64,000 nucleotides of DNA, taken from assembly GCF_018977255.1 (NCBI RefSeq), contig NW_024704743.1:37574001-37638000 (forward strand), written 5' to 3'. The translations under genes and the position numbers were made by a program. The stretch comes from Callorhinchus milii (taxonomy: Eukaryota). A model generated the notes under the pieces. It saw only the letters and a program-made list of their open reading frames with translations, did no database searches and had not been told where the DNA came from. Positions 11,121 through 25,810 of the stretch are shown piece after piece (within the stretch, counting starts at the first letter, position 1; every line of letters begins with the position of its first letter).

Positions 11121-14100
11121 CAGTGTCCTCGGAATTCACATCCAGCTTGAAGCCTTGTTTTGTCAAGGTTGCTGTGAGGTAAGGTGTCTTAGAGAAAACT
11201 TCATCTTTTTCAGAAACTGGAAGAGATGAATGAGAGAGTTAGCTGGTCTATAACATCCATTCACTCTGTTGCCGCAAACACATAGTAATTTTTGTTTGAT
11301 CAAAAACTAAAATCAATAAAGTGGATGAAGTATCCAAAAGAATAAAGCTTTCTCTGCAGCTCGTCTTGCCTGGTTGCGAAGAATGGGCAATTCTTAGATA
11401 ATGAGGCTGCTCATAAACCTCCTACTGAGCTGAGCAATAATGCCCGTTAAGTCATTATTTTTCCTCAGTGAGTTAAACATATTCCTAGTAATAAAACAGT
11501 CATCTGAAGCAAAGGCATGTAAGCTTGCACAGCTGGTTTGTTTATCAGTCAGTCGGTGATTAATCTCTGTTTGGTTGACAGAATCTTTTTTCTTCAGTTA
11601 TGTATCTTTTTCATTTTAAGGAATTTATACATTTTTTTGACTGTAATGAGAAGGTACAGGCAAAACTGTATGCCAGCAATGTTTACCATTGTGGTGAATA
11701 TTAGTCTGCCTATATTCTCTGAACAGTGTTTATTGCTCCAATTCAAGCCCTTTACATTTTCCCTGACAATGAAATCCAATGTATCCAGGGGCTGCTATCT
11801 ATCTCCTTTGAAGTTGCTGCATTCTGTTCGCTGGCCAATATCAGCCCAGTGTATCTCTGCAGCACCTGTATTTTTGCTGTTGTGCTCTGTAATGACTTAT
11901 CCCTGCTACCTTTAGAAAGTGACAGAAAGCTGTGTGTCGCTGGCTGTTCTGTTGCCATTTTGACTTGTTCCATGCACACTTGCAATGTTTAAATGCCATA
12001 TCCGTCAGTCAATGTCATAAATCAAAGTGAAAGTAGATAGCAGCACCGATTGATACACCTGAAGAGCAATGGCCTAATTAAATGGCATCAGAGACATGAG
12101 ACTTGTACTTTCTACACTTCCCAATGTTCAGTGCCTTTTGTTGCTGTATGTAGAATTGTAGACATCTGACAGAAAGCTACAGGCTACAATTCAATTGATC
12201 ATTTTAGAGAATGTCATTAATTGTGAAAGAGCTACATGGTTTACAGTTACCAGATGAGCCCTGGGATTGAATTATTGCCTTAAAAATACTCGTTATTGTC
12301 CTGGCCAATAATTCCCCCAAATATAATTGGTCATTCACTTCATGGTTGTTTGTGGGACATTGCTGTGTGCAAATTGGCTCCTGGGTTTGCCCATAAAAAC
12401 ACACCGTCATTACACTTTACAGAATATCCTGTGTAGCACTTTGGGACTTTATTTAAAATCGAAGGGTTATTTCTGACCTTTTTAACCATTCTGAATAATC
12501 CTGAATAATCCGAATAATCCTGAATAGGTATCCAAAGGTCTTGATCATGTCTACATCAGAAGTAAAACTGCCTTACCTTCCATTTGTAATCATAGTCTCT
12601 CATATGTGTGAGATCTTAAATTCACCAGTATTTTGCAGGAGTTTTTAATTAAAACAAACGATATTAATCGTGACCAACAATTGATGCTTTTTTTATTGAA
12701 TGCTTCCATCTATATCATATTTATACACCTGAAATGTAAAGCCTTGATTATTCAAAGTGATCTCCTGTGGAAGATCTATAATGAAGTGGGGTGCAAGTGT
12801 TAATCCATTCTGCACTAGAAACAAAAGAGAAACAGATTGTTCTTATTGCAGCATTTTAATATTTTATTGCAGCATTTATTTCCAAATCATTATATTTTAA
12901 GAACACTTATAATAATAAATAATTCTTGTGTTTGATATCTTGTGTTTCACATCAGAAGGATGTCTCAAAGTGCTTCACAGGATTTACTGTAAAGTGTAGT
13001 GACTATGTATCTGTCTCTAAATTCCTTTAATTCCACTTCTAGTCTAATTATCTACATCGAAACCTTGTTACTGCAGCCCCATTTTCTATCAATTTTACTC
13101 CATCATTTCAGAATATGTGGGACTCACCACCCAATACCATCATGGGAGAACCATTGTTACAAGGGCAAAGAGAAGACTCCACCACCTCCTCAGGAGATTA
13201 AGGGTTGTATCAAAATGCAAGGATTATTATATATTTTTATTAAGGGTGAAAAAATGCTGGAAATCTGCCAACATCCTGATAAAAAGTACAATTAAAGTTT
13301 TTAATCTTAACCAGAGTTTGTAAAGAGAAAAGATATCTGGGACATAAGTGATATGGTCACTCCAATGCACAGAGTGAACATTATGATCAATTAGCAGATG
13401 AATGAAGTGAATGGATAAATACCATACTCCAAACCTTGTTATATATTTATTCTTCTGTTTATTACCTATTGCACAGATCCATTTACGTAATTTTGCAGTA
13501 TAGTACTTCAGCATTGAATAAAATTTGCAGTGTTCCTTAACCCATTCATTATGTTAACTAATTCTACCCTTATATTTTCTTCTCTACATAGTATTACTTC
13601 AACTAATAATTATTGAGGTTTTATTTGAAAAACAGCTTGACGCTGTGATGGGCTGTTCTGAAAGGGTGCAGTTGGATGGGATGAAGGGCCTTCATCTTCA
13701 TCCAAAACTGATTTTGTGAGAATTCTGCTGCAGTGTGCTTTAGAACAAAAGTCTCCCAAGTGATATCATAGCAAACGTCTGTCTGACAATGACATTTTGA
13801 ATGGTGAACCCAGAAGTAGAGTTACAACAGTGATTAGCGAAAACTATAATTTCTTTGGATGGTGCTGTTAGATTCACTACTGATAAACACTGGTTTCATT
13901 AGAGATTTTCCCGTGTTGATATTTTACTCATATGTTCTAACCATTAGGAAACTGTTCTAAGTATAGTTTGGGAATAGTTTTACTTCCTCCAAATGTACTT
14001 CAGCGCCTAAATGCTCTTCATGCTGAGATTCCAGAGCTTTAAAATTATCCACTAAATTACTTGAAATCAGTATGAAAATATTTACAGCTCCTTTGGTCTA

Positions 14101-14254
14101 TATGTGCTCCAAACTCAGCTTTCATGTCTCACCCACAGGATTTGGCTCCAATGTCATCTACCTACCTGTCCTCTCTTTCCAACTTACTGAATAATTATTA
14201 CTACTATTGTCACGACTCTCTGTAAGTCACATACTGTTACATGAAACTCTAATG

Positions 14255-14615
14255 GTAAGATCACAAGATTAGTTGGACCTTCAGCCTATCCGATCACATC
14301 CTTCCAGAATACCCATCCCACCATTCTCCTATCACAGCACCAAGCTACCTTTTAAATGAGTCCAGTGTCCTGACCTCAACCATCCTTCCTGGCAACCTGT
14401 TTCAATCATTAATTATCTTCCATGTAAAGAAATACTTCCTAGTGTCTGTCCTGAAATTGCCCTTTGCAACTCTAAATCTATACTATCTTGTTCTACTTTC
14501 TTGGTGCAACCTAGAGTATTGTTCTGAGATTACTTTTTCAATCCCATTTAAAATGTTATTAGATGCCCTCTGAGACACCTTTTCTCAAGACTGAAAAGCC
14601 CTATCTTGTCAAATC
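14255..14615 (-). mobile_element. CR1 LINE 3' fragment
   Basis: Same subfamily motifs as 9005-9335. Confidence 0.75.
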
Positions 14616-14622
14616 AGGACAT

Positions 14623-14800
14623 GTGAAGTCATGTAGCTCAATGGTTAGAGCACTCGCTTTGCAAGCAAGAGACCTGGGTTCAGTTCCCTGCAGGGTGTAA
14701 TACTGGGTAAGTTTCCTTACTCTACATGCCTGATAATAATCCATAAAAAAAACAATAATAAATTGGTCATTTCAATTCACGACAGTTTGTGGGAGACTGC
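14623..14800 (+). mobile_element. SINE family A, internally deleted
   Basis: tRNA-like head plus partial core. Confidence 0.85.
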
Positions 14801-16464
14801 AAAATAAGATACAATTATCAGGTACAAGACAGTAGAGAGAACAGTGTGTGAAGCTTAAGAGTGAAAGCTATAAGTTTTTCAATAGTCTTGTGGGCACAGT
14901 TTCTTGTTCCTGTAGGTTTGTGAATAATTGGTGAATAGTTTATACTTACACTTTACAGCTCTTTTTCTGCACTTTGGAAGCAAATTAAATATTCTGATTG
15001 ACGGCACAGTTTTTCAGGTTTGATTTCCCTACCCTACATTTTGCAGGCATTTGCTAACAGCTATCCTGTGTTACCTACACCATTCCCTGTCTATGTGCTG
15101 TGTGTTTGATGAAACAAAATGTAAAAAAAACAGCAGGTCTGTCTGATCCATATTGTACGCTTCAAGATCTACCCAGTTGCCAAATTATTTATTTGGTCAA
15201 TTTCTCCTGATTTGTAATGTAGAATTAGGGAAATGTGTAAGTTGGCTAATAATGCTGCGTTTTATGTGGCTAACTTCCAATTTGTGATGAATGAGTGAAG
15301 CAGTGACAAAATTTATTCCATTTCAGTTGCTCTTGAAACATCAGAATCTGTCCATTTTTGGATTAACTTAAACCTCATTTGACCTTCTCCGGCTTCTGCT
15401 GCCATCATTACCTAACTTTTCCTTCGCCCACAAACTCCAGCACAACACAGTGAGAAATGTGAATGGGATCATCTTGTATGTGATTATTAAGCTTATTCTC
15501 AGTAAACATGAGGTAATAACCTTTCTATTCTGCCCACACAATAATAATACCTTATTCATCTTTGAATGGAAATTTACAGCTAAATTCAACATCAGAATGA
15601 AAGCCAGCTTTTAGTAATTGTTTAGAACTCCTTAACTAGCTAGAAGTCAAGCTCTTGACCTAAAAACCGTCATTAAGTATTTTGCTGGCATAATATATTA
15701 GATGAAAAATATAAGGGAGAATGATATCATTGAACTCACTCTGGACTAGTTAAGCAAATGCACTAAAGATATTAGATGCATTTACACGTTGAGCATTTTG
15801 GAAACGGAAACACAACATGTGCACTCAATGAAAGATATCATTTACAAAAAGGTGGACAAAGAACATCAATAAAGTCTGATTGAGTGTGCTAATGTATACT
15901 GGAAATGTGAAGCTGTTGACAGGAGGGTTAACTGTGCACTGGGATCCACCAAGTGGCCACTTGGATGTCCTGAAACAAATTATTCTAACATTGTACAGAT
16001 GATTAGGAAGACCACAGAGGGAATAAAGGAGTCGATTTAGCATTACATTCAATATTTATCACAGGCATGAATGTGAGGCAACCTGAATAATATTCTCTAT
16101 GGTGAAATCTGTGAAGCTTGGCTCAAATCATTGGATACTACATCACTGTGGTTTGTTCACAAAACACTGTCACTTTACTGTATATCCTGTGAAGCGCATC
16201 GGGATGCCTTCCGGATGTGAAAAGTGCAATACTAAATGTAAAGGTTATTATTATTATCAAGCAAAAAGCTCAAGTTTAGCTAGCTGGTTATCCTGCTAGC
16301 TGGCTTTCAAGGACCCTAGGCACAGTTCTTCATAGATCTCCCCATTAAGAAAGGTGCTGATGTCAGGAGAATGGCTGTCAGCCATTCAAAGGGGAGAAAT
16401 ATCAAATGTGCTGCTAAATTCACCCCAACGTTGTAATATTCTGAGCAGCTTTTCTGCAAAAGGT

Positions 16465-17020
16465 TGGTGTATCCTTGTTTTCAAATCCCTCCACTACCTC
16501 TGAGATCTCCCACAATCCTACTGATCCATCCACTCTCTTCGGGCAGTGAGCACCCGCCTACTTAATGGTACGCATCCTCTCGACCCAACAGTTGGTGGGT
16601 GTTCGAAGGTAAAATGGCCAATTTCTACATCATTAAAGCTGCCACCAATGTCATCTAATGATGATGAGCAGGAAGTGACACTGACTGTGATCTAATGAAT
16701 TGGATATCAGCTGTTTTTATTGCTGACGTGTTCAAAGTGAGCTAGTTGGCAGCATGCGTGCACAGTGAATGGAACCAAACGGCATTCGTGTTGTAAGCGA
16801 ACTTGGCTGATGATTCAAATGAAATTTAATACAGATAAATGCTAAATGCAGCAGGCAGTCAGTGGGTGCTTCTGCTTCCCGCTTTGAACTCCAACCCTCT
16901 GTCTCGCCCGTCCCTCTTCCCTTTTAAAGCCTGCCTCAAGACCTCTTTGACCGTGCTTTCCATTGTTCCTTGAGGGGCATTTTGGGACTTCTTCCCAACA
17001 TAAACATCGCAATAGAAATA
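16465..17020 (+). mobile_element. Decayed L2 3' fragment interrupted by a 260-bp insert (16602-16861)
   Basis: ccttgttttcaaatccctcc...gcctcaagacctctttgaccgtgcttt resembles the L2 at 27030-27770. Confidence 0.6.
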
Positions 17021-17347
17021 TCAATTGTATTAGACTTTGGAGAATATTCAGAAAATAATATGTATGATTTGAGACCTAATTTACTGAGTTGTGAAGAAAG
17101 AGGCGCAGAACTGTGTTTTTTATATTAGAGGAGATTGACAGAGATGTTATTTAGGCTTTCAGAATACTGACTGGAATGGATAATAACTGCGAGAACAGAA
17201 TAAATTGGAGGAATAGAGCTGATGTAAGAAATCCCAGTGCTGTCCTAAAATTGGAAATACACTATAATACTGAAAAATTTTCCTTAGTCTTGAATATAAT
17301 TGCTTTTGATTTCTGCACGTTTGCTATTGAGAGTGAAATCAGGCTGA

Positions 17348-17818
<471 letters not shown>

Positions 17819-18169
17819 TGACACCTTTTTCAGGGGCCAGATACAGTCTGGTGCACCCCGCGCATTGCCCAGTGCTAGGACTCCAGCGGGGGCACACAGA
17901 ATATTTTTGAAGTGATATCAGTGATGATCTCATGATCTGAATGTCAGTCATTTTTAGCATTCTGAATGCCAAAATGGCCATTTCAACACCATTAGGGCTG
18001 CCACCAATGTCATGCAATGGGCAGGAAGTGACACTGGCTAGGATCTAATGTTCCAACTATCAACCATTCTTATTGCTGAATATTGGCTGACATGCACAAG
18101 TGAGCTAGTTGGCTTCATGAAAGCACAGTGAATGGGGCCAAACGCCATTTGTATTATAAGTGAACTTGT

Positions 18170-18640
18170 CTGATGACCGTCAGATAAAGTTTAATACAGA
18201 TAAATGATAGGTTCGACATATAAGAAGTAAGAATAAGAAACACAAGTATTCAATGGATGGGACAGAACTCGCCAAGGGAGAAGCTGAAAGAGAACTAGGG
18301 GTGTTAGTTGACTGATCACACGTCAAAACAGTATGGGGCAACAATGACAAGGCAAAGAGGATGCTGAGCCACTTTGCTAAATCAGTTTAGTCATACTCAG
18401 GCTGTATAGGGCCACTATACACAAAAATATAGTGCAGACCACAGCTTGATACTGCATACAGCTCTGGTCACTCATAAGGGAGATGTCCAGGCTCTAAAGA
18501 CAGTCTAGAGGAGAGCAACAAGAATTATCCCAATGTTAGAGGAATGAGCTATGAACAATGATTAGACAAGCTAGAGCTCTTCAGTCTTGAGAGAAGATGA
18601 TTCAGAAGGGGCCTCTCATAGAGATGTACAGTGTAAGTAA
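18170..18640 (+). mobile_element. CR1 ORF2 fragment (post-RT region)
   Basis: Degenerate KFNTDK...ERELGVLV...RPQLxYC...RRATR motifs. Confidence 0.8.
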
Positions 18641-19494
18641 TGCCAAGCATGATTTAGCCTGAAGATTTTGAAAGGCCTCAGTCGCAATTGTTGCAGAAAA
18701 TGTCTTCCAAGGTCTTATTCACAAGCTGATGTCTTAACTGAGTTTGAGTTAAGGCAAAGCTTGGAAAAGCTGTTTTAGGAGCACATGAAAGGTCTTTTTG
18801 AACATGAATTCAAAATGATGGCATCCAGGACTTTTTATTTGAGTTAGAGCACTGCCAATAATCAGAATTGGGTGGGGTAGTTATTTTGATAAACATTGTT
18901 ACACTGTTCATCAATAAGGAATGCAATGAGTTTAGGATACCCCAGTTTGAGCCAATAAAAATTACAACACAGGAGGCCATTTGGCCCATTAATGTGATAT
19001 CAGCCTATCCAATGAATGTAACTGTTCTTAAGTTCAATTTCCTGTTCTTCATGTCAATATAAATGTTTACCCTATTGACTTTTAAAGTTGCTGTAGTCTT
19101 GGCCTCACTAGTTACTAGTGGCATTGAATTCCGTATTCTGACAACCCTTTATGTGAAACGGATTCTCCTGACCATCTTCCAATCTAACCATCTTCCAGTG
19201 CTAATCCTGAACTTATGCTCCTTCTCACTGGTTTGCAAAGAAGCAGGAATAACGTACAATGAATGGTTACATGAGTCTTGTTAAGGATCACACCTGAAAC
19301 ATTGATGTATCTCTTGCAAATACTGATTGAACGATTGCAATTTCCAGGATTTTCTGTTTTTATTTCATGTTTCTAGCGCTCAGTTATTTTTTATATCTTT
19401 ATTTTACTTGTGATTTATTGTGTTAAAATAATCTTGTCTCATTATTATTTGTAGTATTATTATTTGTATTATTTGTCTTATTGATTTGTTGCAG

Positions 19495-19566
19495 ATTATA
19501 TCACAGAGAAAACTTTCAAAATCACTACTGAAACAAGGGAACAGTGCTGGAAAATCATCTATAACG
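19495..19566 (+). CDS. CPNE4: Copine-4 exon B: IISQRKLSKSLLKQGNSAGKSSIT
   Basis: Acceptor tttgttgcag, donor gtaagc, 72 nt. Translated by hand (too short for the ORF track). Confidence 0.95.
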
Positions 19567-21259
19567 GTAAGCAAATCCAATGGTAAAAACTGAGACCAGT
19601 TCTTCCTTTTGCAAAAACCTATTAAAAAACCTGATCTATTAAAGTAAGTTGTACCATATAGAACTATGTAAATCCTTAGAACACAGAAATGGACCATTCG
19701 GAACAACTAGTCCACGCAGGTGTTTATACTTCACATGAGCCTCCATATCCCTCTCCTATACCTCGTCTCCTTTTTTACATGTGCTGTCCCAGCATGTTGC
19801 TCTGGTCCTCTATGGAACAATATAGAACAGGATGGTTACAGAAGGATTTATACTAATTTATACTAATACTAGGTTTAATCTTGTGCTAATACTGTTAAAT
19901 ACGTAATCCTGTGACTGTGTTTCCTTTTTTTTAATGACACGCCACCAGAACACCAAGCCACACAAAACAGGGACATCAGGAGAGGTCTATTTATCTGCAT
20001 TATAGCAAAATACAATTTTGACCCCAAATGCAGACAAGAGTTCAAAAAAAACATCAGTTTTAAATATATGATGTGATTTTGTTTCCTCATTATTGGAGAT
20101 ATTAATAAATAATACTAATAATCTTTGCATTTCATATATGGCTTTTCACGTCAGGCGGATGTCACAAAGTGCTTCACAGGATATACTGTATCCTAAAGAC
20201 AGATAGAGAGGGGCTGAGGTAGAGAGATAGAGACAGAGAGTTCCAGAAGTGAGAGAAGACCAATGCGTATTGCCCAATGTGAAATTTTAAAATTAAACAT
20301 TTGCTTGAGCCTCCATGACAGACTCACATTTTGGTCAAATTGTTTTGTTCTACATTAGTAATTAGTAATATAAGACTTTTAGCAGCAAGAATCAGTCCAT
20401 TTGGCCAAGGAAGACACTGCTTTGTTTTTGATCTCAGTCCTCACCTTCCTGTTTTTCACCATATCCTCCTCTCTTTCTCAAGGATGCATCTGCCCACAGC
20501 TAAATATGCCATTTGCTGCAGTTACCCCAAACATGGTAAACATTGACAGGATGGAAAAAGGGCTTGTATAACCTGTCTTCCCCCGTCAGAACTCTGCTCC
20601 AATGCAATCTCTTCCCATGATGTGCTTCAAGACAACCTTTGTAGAGTGCACTTAGAATGGGATTTTAATGGATTTATGGCAAACTGGGCAGAGGGAATGG
20701 AAAGTCCATGTAACTGATGGAAGGGCTATATTCCAAAGTCAAGAGAAAGATGAAAGGTAATCGAAAGACTTCACTGCTAACCGAGTGGTAAAACGAGCAA
20801 AGTCCCTCTTTCAGTTTCCTCATAACCTTTAATTTGATCTACATTCACCTGAGTCGTAGAAATAAAGATCCGTCATACCCTTTGACAGGCCATCAAAATA
20901 TAGTGATGTTATCTGAGAACTGGGTGCAGGAAAGTGGTTTAATCTCAATCAGCTGCTGATTACGTTACACTGGTGAGATACTGCTGACCGAGGAAAACAT
21001 TTATTAAAGGTGGACCTTTGATTGATTGAGTTCGCAAACATATGAGTGAGGCTATGCCATGCCTGGCTCACAACAGACCTGGAAACTCAATCAGATTAAA
21101 ACTCAATCAGATTAAAATTAAAATTTTATATTTTATATTTACAGAATGCTATTTTCTAACAGGAAAGCTGTTTGATAGCATAGCAATGAAGTGTTTATTA
21201 TCAACTTCTCAGTTAATTCACCAAAACTGTGGCTTCTAATTTTTGAATTCTATATACAC

Positions 21260-21558
21260 GTCACTGTGAGAGTCAATTTGCAAACACTAATGACCCACAA
21301 ACAGCCATGAAGTGAATGATTAATTACATATGCAGAATTGTTGGCCAGGACAACAGAGGAAACTCTTCTCTTTTCAAATAGTGTTGTGGGATCTTTAATG
21401 TCCACATGAATAGGTAGACAAGACTGTGATTTAACATCTCATCTGAAGGACAACAACTCCAGCAATGCTTTAGAGCATCAGTCTAGACTGTGAGTTTAAA
21501 TCCTAAGGATCTTCTGACTCAGTGTTTAGAGTGCTGTCAATTAAGCCAGACTGACACC
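21260..21558 (-). mobile_element. SINE family B (longer Deu-domain SINE, SacSINE1-like)
   Basis: cccacaaacagc...ttggccaggaca...gggatctttaatgtccac...tttaacatctcatctgaag...ttctgactc...ctgacac. Confidence 0.8.
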
Positions 21559-21999
21559 TACATACAAGTTTTCTATTAAAGAGGAGATGCAAATCTAATT
21601 ACACCAGTGTTATAGTGAGGAATGAAAGCACTTATTGTGAAGAGATTGTATTGCTAAGTAGCACTCCCACTGTCTGCACTCACTGCAGATGAGGTAGCTT
21701 TAATACGGGTACTTCAGGACTATCTATCAAATTGCTATACGTTATAGTTAAGGATTTCTTCAGTGCAAAGGTGAGAAACAACAACAACAACTTGCATTTA
21801 CATAGCGCCCTCCAGGCCGGGCGACGTCCCAGAGCGCTTAAAGAAACGTCATACATTAAGACACCAGGCACACATCCAGAACCATCGCATATAAGAGCTA
21901 CTTACAGACATGTTGATGGCAGCTGCTGTGTACAATAAATGAACAGACACAGCAAAGCTCAACGTTCTCTTTTTTATCAAAGCCAAAACAACAGCTTGC

Positions 22000-22400
22000 A
22001 TTTATTCAGTCTCTTTTATGTTAAAGAACATCTCTAAGGACTGGACAAGTGTAATGTAGTCTTTGAGCAATGAAAAGAGAGATTGAGAAGGTTGATCAGA
22101 AGCTTAGTCAGAGAGATGGTTCTTAGGATTTGAAGGCAATAGAAAGGTGGCAAGCCACAATGGTTTGGGAAGAGAGTTCTAGAGGACATGGAAAGAGAGT
22201 AGGGAAAGAGCAATAAACCAGAGTTGGAAGAGCAGAGGGTGTGAGCTGGATTAGAAGACTGGACACGATTGCATAGGTAGGATAAGGTGAGACCCTCAAG
22301 AGATTTGGTCATAAAATAGATCCTCTGAGGTACTGGGAGACAAAGGAGGTTGGTGAGAATGAGAATAATTGGTGTGCAGAGCCTTGAGAATGAGAAAGAT
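22000..22400 (-). mobile_element. L2 3' fragment, old
   Basis: Purine-rich reverse complement of an L2 3' end. ORF 22034..22312 contains PAHTLCSSNSGLL, resembling L2 PxRxLRSS. Confidence 0.6.
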
Positions 22401-22458
22401 TAGACAATAACCAATGCACTAATTGACCTTTAATATCTGATGACTTTTTTCAAGCAAG

Positions 22459-22770
22459 GTGTCAGCCTGCTCATTTGCACTCTTGCCTCCGAATCAGAGG
22501 TTGTAGGTTCAAGTCACACATCAGGATTGACCACCCAGTCTAGGCTGAATTTCAATGTACGGGAGGGTGGGGGTTGGTCGGTGAGTCAGTGATTAGGGGC
22601 TATTGTTATAAAAGTTGAATGCCAGCAATGGTGTGTTTTTCTGGTGTACTGGACAAAAATGTTCCAGATAAAATTGATCATTCACTGAATAGCTTTTTGT
22701 GAAGCATTTTTAGATGTCCTCTCAACATGAAAGGAGATGTATCAAATGGAAAGATTAATATTATAATTCT
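22459..22770 (+). mobile_element. SINE family B
   Basis: Head gtgtcagcc...cactcttgcctccgaatcagaggttgtaggttcaagtc; tail gtgaagcatttt...atcaaatg. Confidence 0.7.
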
Positions 22771-23786
22771 ATCCCCTATTATAGTCTCCAGACTTTTATC
22801 CATGACTGAGATGAGATTGGCCTATAATTAACCAGTAATTCCCTGCCTTATCCTATTACTTTTTATGTGCTTCTAAAAGCCTTTGCGATTGTTCTCCAAG
22901 TTGACTGCCAGTCATCTTTCATACTCCCACATCGCCTTCCTAATCTTTCTTAATGCTTCTTCAAAACAATTTTCATATTTCTCATTATTTTCTCCTGTAT
23001 TATCAGTTCTGTATTCATTGGATGTTAATTTTTGTTCTAATCTTTTGTTCTAATCTCTGTGTTTGGCCCTGAAACTTTTCTCCATTGAAAGGCCAAACAG
23101 CTGACACCTGGAAACTCAATCCTAAATCTTAATGCGTCTTTCACAAAATCAATCTGCAACATGCATCGGGGTTTATAATTAATGAGCAAAAAAGATCAAG
23201 TAAAAAAAGCGAGGGACAAGATAAATAATCAACATAAAAACAATGCAATGTGAGTGATTACAAGGTGTTGCAGACAGAGGCTTACTTATTGCAATCATGG
23301 ATATTTTATAGTCTTTGCATATGCTTCACCGGGAACTCTACAGTCACCTGAGACCTTATAATGGTTGGAAATATGCCAGATATTCAAAATTTATTGAATT
23401 GCTAATGCCATGCATTAACTTACTGAAGAACAGAGTTGATATGCACTTCCTTTATTTAAAAAAACAGAATGTGATATTGGCAATCCAATTTATTTTAGCC
23501 AGCTGGGTGTCTGACATATGGAAACCTAACACCATGCTTAAGATTATCCAAATCAGACTGAGAATTCCATGCATGTCACCTGCCATGGAAATTCATGTGT
23601 TTGGAATGGAATGCGTAATGTCTCCCCGGAGGGACACACCTTGCTTATCCAATGTCAGTGAGAATTGGGTACAGGTTGGCAAGAGCACTGCTGGAGTTTA
23701 ACAAGCTAAAAAAAAATATAGCTTATTATTGAAAGCACTGACTGGCAAGTTTTCCACTGCTTATCCAGCTAAGGCCGTGCTACTTG

Positions 23787-24115
23787 TTAGGGCTTTGTTT
23801 TGAGGTGAATAGGAGGTAGCAAGAACTCGCTGCAAGCTTCCTGTTGAACAGCACAGCTCAGCATGAAATGTGTGAGAACATTGGCATCATCTTCCTGCCC
23901 ACAGCTCGGACACAGAACCCTACCCAATGAGTGATGATTCCACCTGTTGGAGGTGCGGAGCTTGAGCATTAGTTAAACACTCCTCTGCATATCAATCAAG
24001 GTGGATTTCAAGCCCTGGATGTTTGAAAGTGTGTTCAGGAACTTGGACTCCAGGTATCACCTTCCAGGTTATCCTGTCATCCCAAGCCTCAGAGTTTCTT
24101 CATCAGCTATTGACA
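23787..24115 (-). mobile_element. Non-LTR retrotransposon ORF2 C-terminal relic with CCHC zinc knuckle; second copy at 6396-6570 (+)
   Basis: ORF 23787..23969 reads LKLRTSN...CPSCGQED...THFMLSC. The reverse complement aligns by eye to 6396-6570. Confidence 0.55.
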
Positions 24116-25157
24116 TTTGCCTTCAGTGTGGTGGGAGGACCTTTACAGGACAGCTTGTGATGTGCTACCTACTTTGATGTTCTTGAGATCCAAGTCCAAT
24201 GCAACGTAGCAAGTGTATTCAGCACTAGTTACTTAATCCAGGTCCTAATGCGAGGGCCTTTGACAAATAGACATTCCCACTGTGAAGTCAGCTCCTAGGT
24301 GCTCAGCAAATGTTCGGTGTAGGTCAGAGCCCTCTCTCTCTGAAACCTCTTCCCCTTTTATCACAAATCCACCTCACTGCTTAATCCTGAACTTCACAAA
24401 TGGATTAGAGGAAGCTTCTTCCTTGCATTTCTAGAAGCTCGGAACCATGACATTTCTAATCGAGTCATGGGTACACTGAATAATATGGTTATGACTTGAT
24501 GGATCAAACATGTTGGTTTAAAATTAGTGCTCAAGAAAGAAGGATCCAGGGCATTCTCCTTGTCCAAGCAATAGTGTTACAACAACAACTTCACGTTTAT
24601 ATAGCACCTTTCACGTTGGGAAGACATTGTGATAGACACCGAGTGATATTATTAGCGAGATTACCCAGGCAATATTTACTTACAATATTACTTAGGCTTT
24701 CACCTGCAAAATACAGTTACCAAACTTTAAAATAAATCCTGTGAAGCACTTTGAGACATCCTCTCAAATTAAACAAAGCCATATAAAATGCAAAGATTAT
24801 TATTAATATTATATTCTCCCTGTTGTTAGGACTTTGAAAAATAACGAGGTTCTTACTCAGATTAAATATTTTGGCCGAAGGCTGAAGAGATTAATCAAAG
24901 ACTGGCAAACATTTATTGCCAAGGACATGCCAATATGCTGGGATTGACCCAGGGCCTTGGGAAGTCCTCCTGATGTGAACGGTGCTATACAAATGTAATT
25001 TGTTGTTGTTTATTGCATTATAGTTTACAGATCAAAGGTATTTAAATTTGCAATATCAGAAAGATGAAGCACGGCTAAAGTTGAAGTTGGTTAGTGTTGA
25101 TGATGAGGCAATGTTTGCTGGTTATCCTTTCATAACACAGCGCCTCTATAATGTAAT

Positions 25158-25370
25158 ACAACAACAACAAGCTTCCATTTATAGAGCGCCTTTCACGTTG
25201 GGAGGGCGTCCCAAGGCGCTGTACAGTTGGGTCAGGACTCGAGCAGGGGGGAAATGGTCAGGGGGAAGGGAGGGAGCGAGGAGGGGGTAGAGAGTTGAGA
25301 GGGGAGCTGAAGGCACGGTCAAAGAGAAAGGTCTTGAGACCGGCCTTGAAGGAGGAAAGGGAGAAATCAA
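25158..25370 (-). mobile_element. L2 3' end
   Basis: (CAA)n tail plus gcgcctttcacgttgggagggcgtcccaaggcgc. Confidence 0.8.
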
Positions 25371-25479
25371 ATGTTTTTAGAAGTGTAGGTAAGAGCAAGA
25401 GATAGCAACTGGTTAAAATGATCCTCGAACACTATCTCTTCAAAACATTGGGTAAAAAATGCCATATGTGATGTGATAA

Positions 25480-25810
25480 TTCTCACCGGTGGTCGGAAAT
25501 TGTCATTAGCAAATAAACAAATGAGGAGAATATGAGAATATTTTTTCACGCACAGAATGGTTAGGATATGGAATGCCCTGTCTGGAGCAATGATCAAGGC
25601 AGAATCCAGATTGGCTTTCAAAAGCTTTTGAAAGCTTTCGGCTTTCCACTTTTATAATAAAAGTGGACTTCATAAATATCTTAAAAAAAGGAGTGAACTA
25701 TAGGAGTATGGGGAAAAGACAAGAAATGGAAGGATTGCTTTTAAAAAAGCCACAGGCACGATGAGCTGAATGGCCTTCTTCTGTACTGTAAATGTCTATG
25801 ATTCTACAGT
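25480..25810 (+). mobile_element. CR1 3' fragment
   Basis: Encodes FFTHRMVRIWNAL; tail tggccttcttctgtactgta...tctatgattcta. Confidence 0.85.

Noticed and set aside
11538..11992. Overlapping hydrophobic ORFs of 60-125 aa
   Set aside because: Non-ATG or weak starts, no recognisable domain, and composition expected from AT-rich intron.
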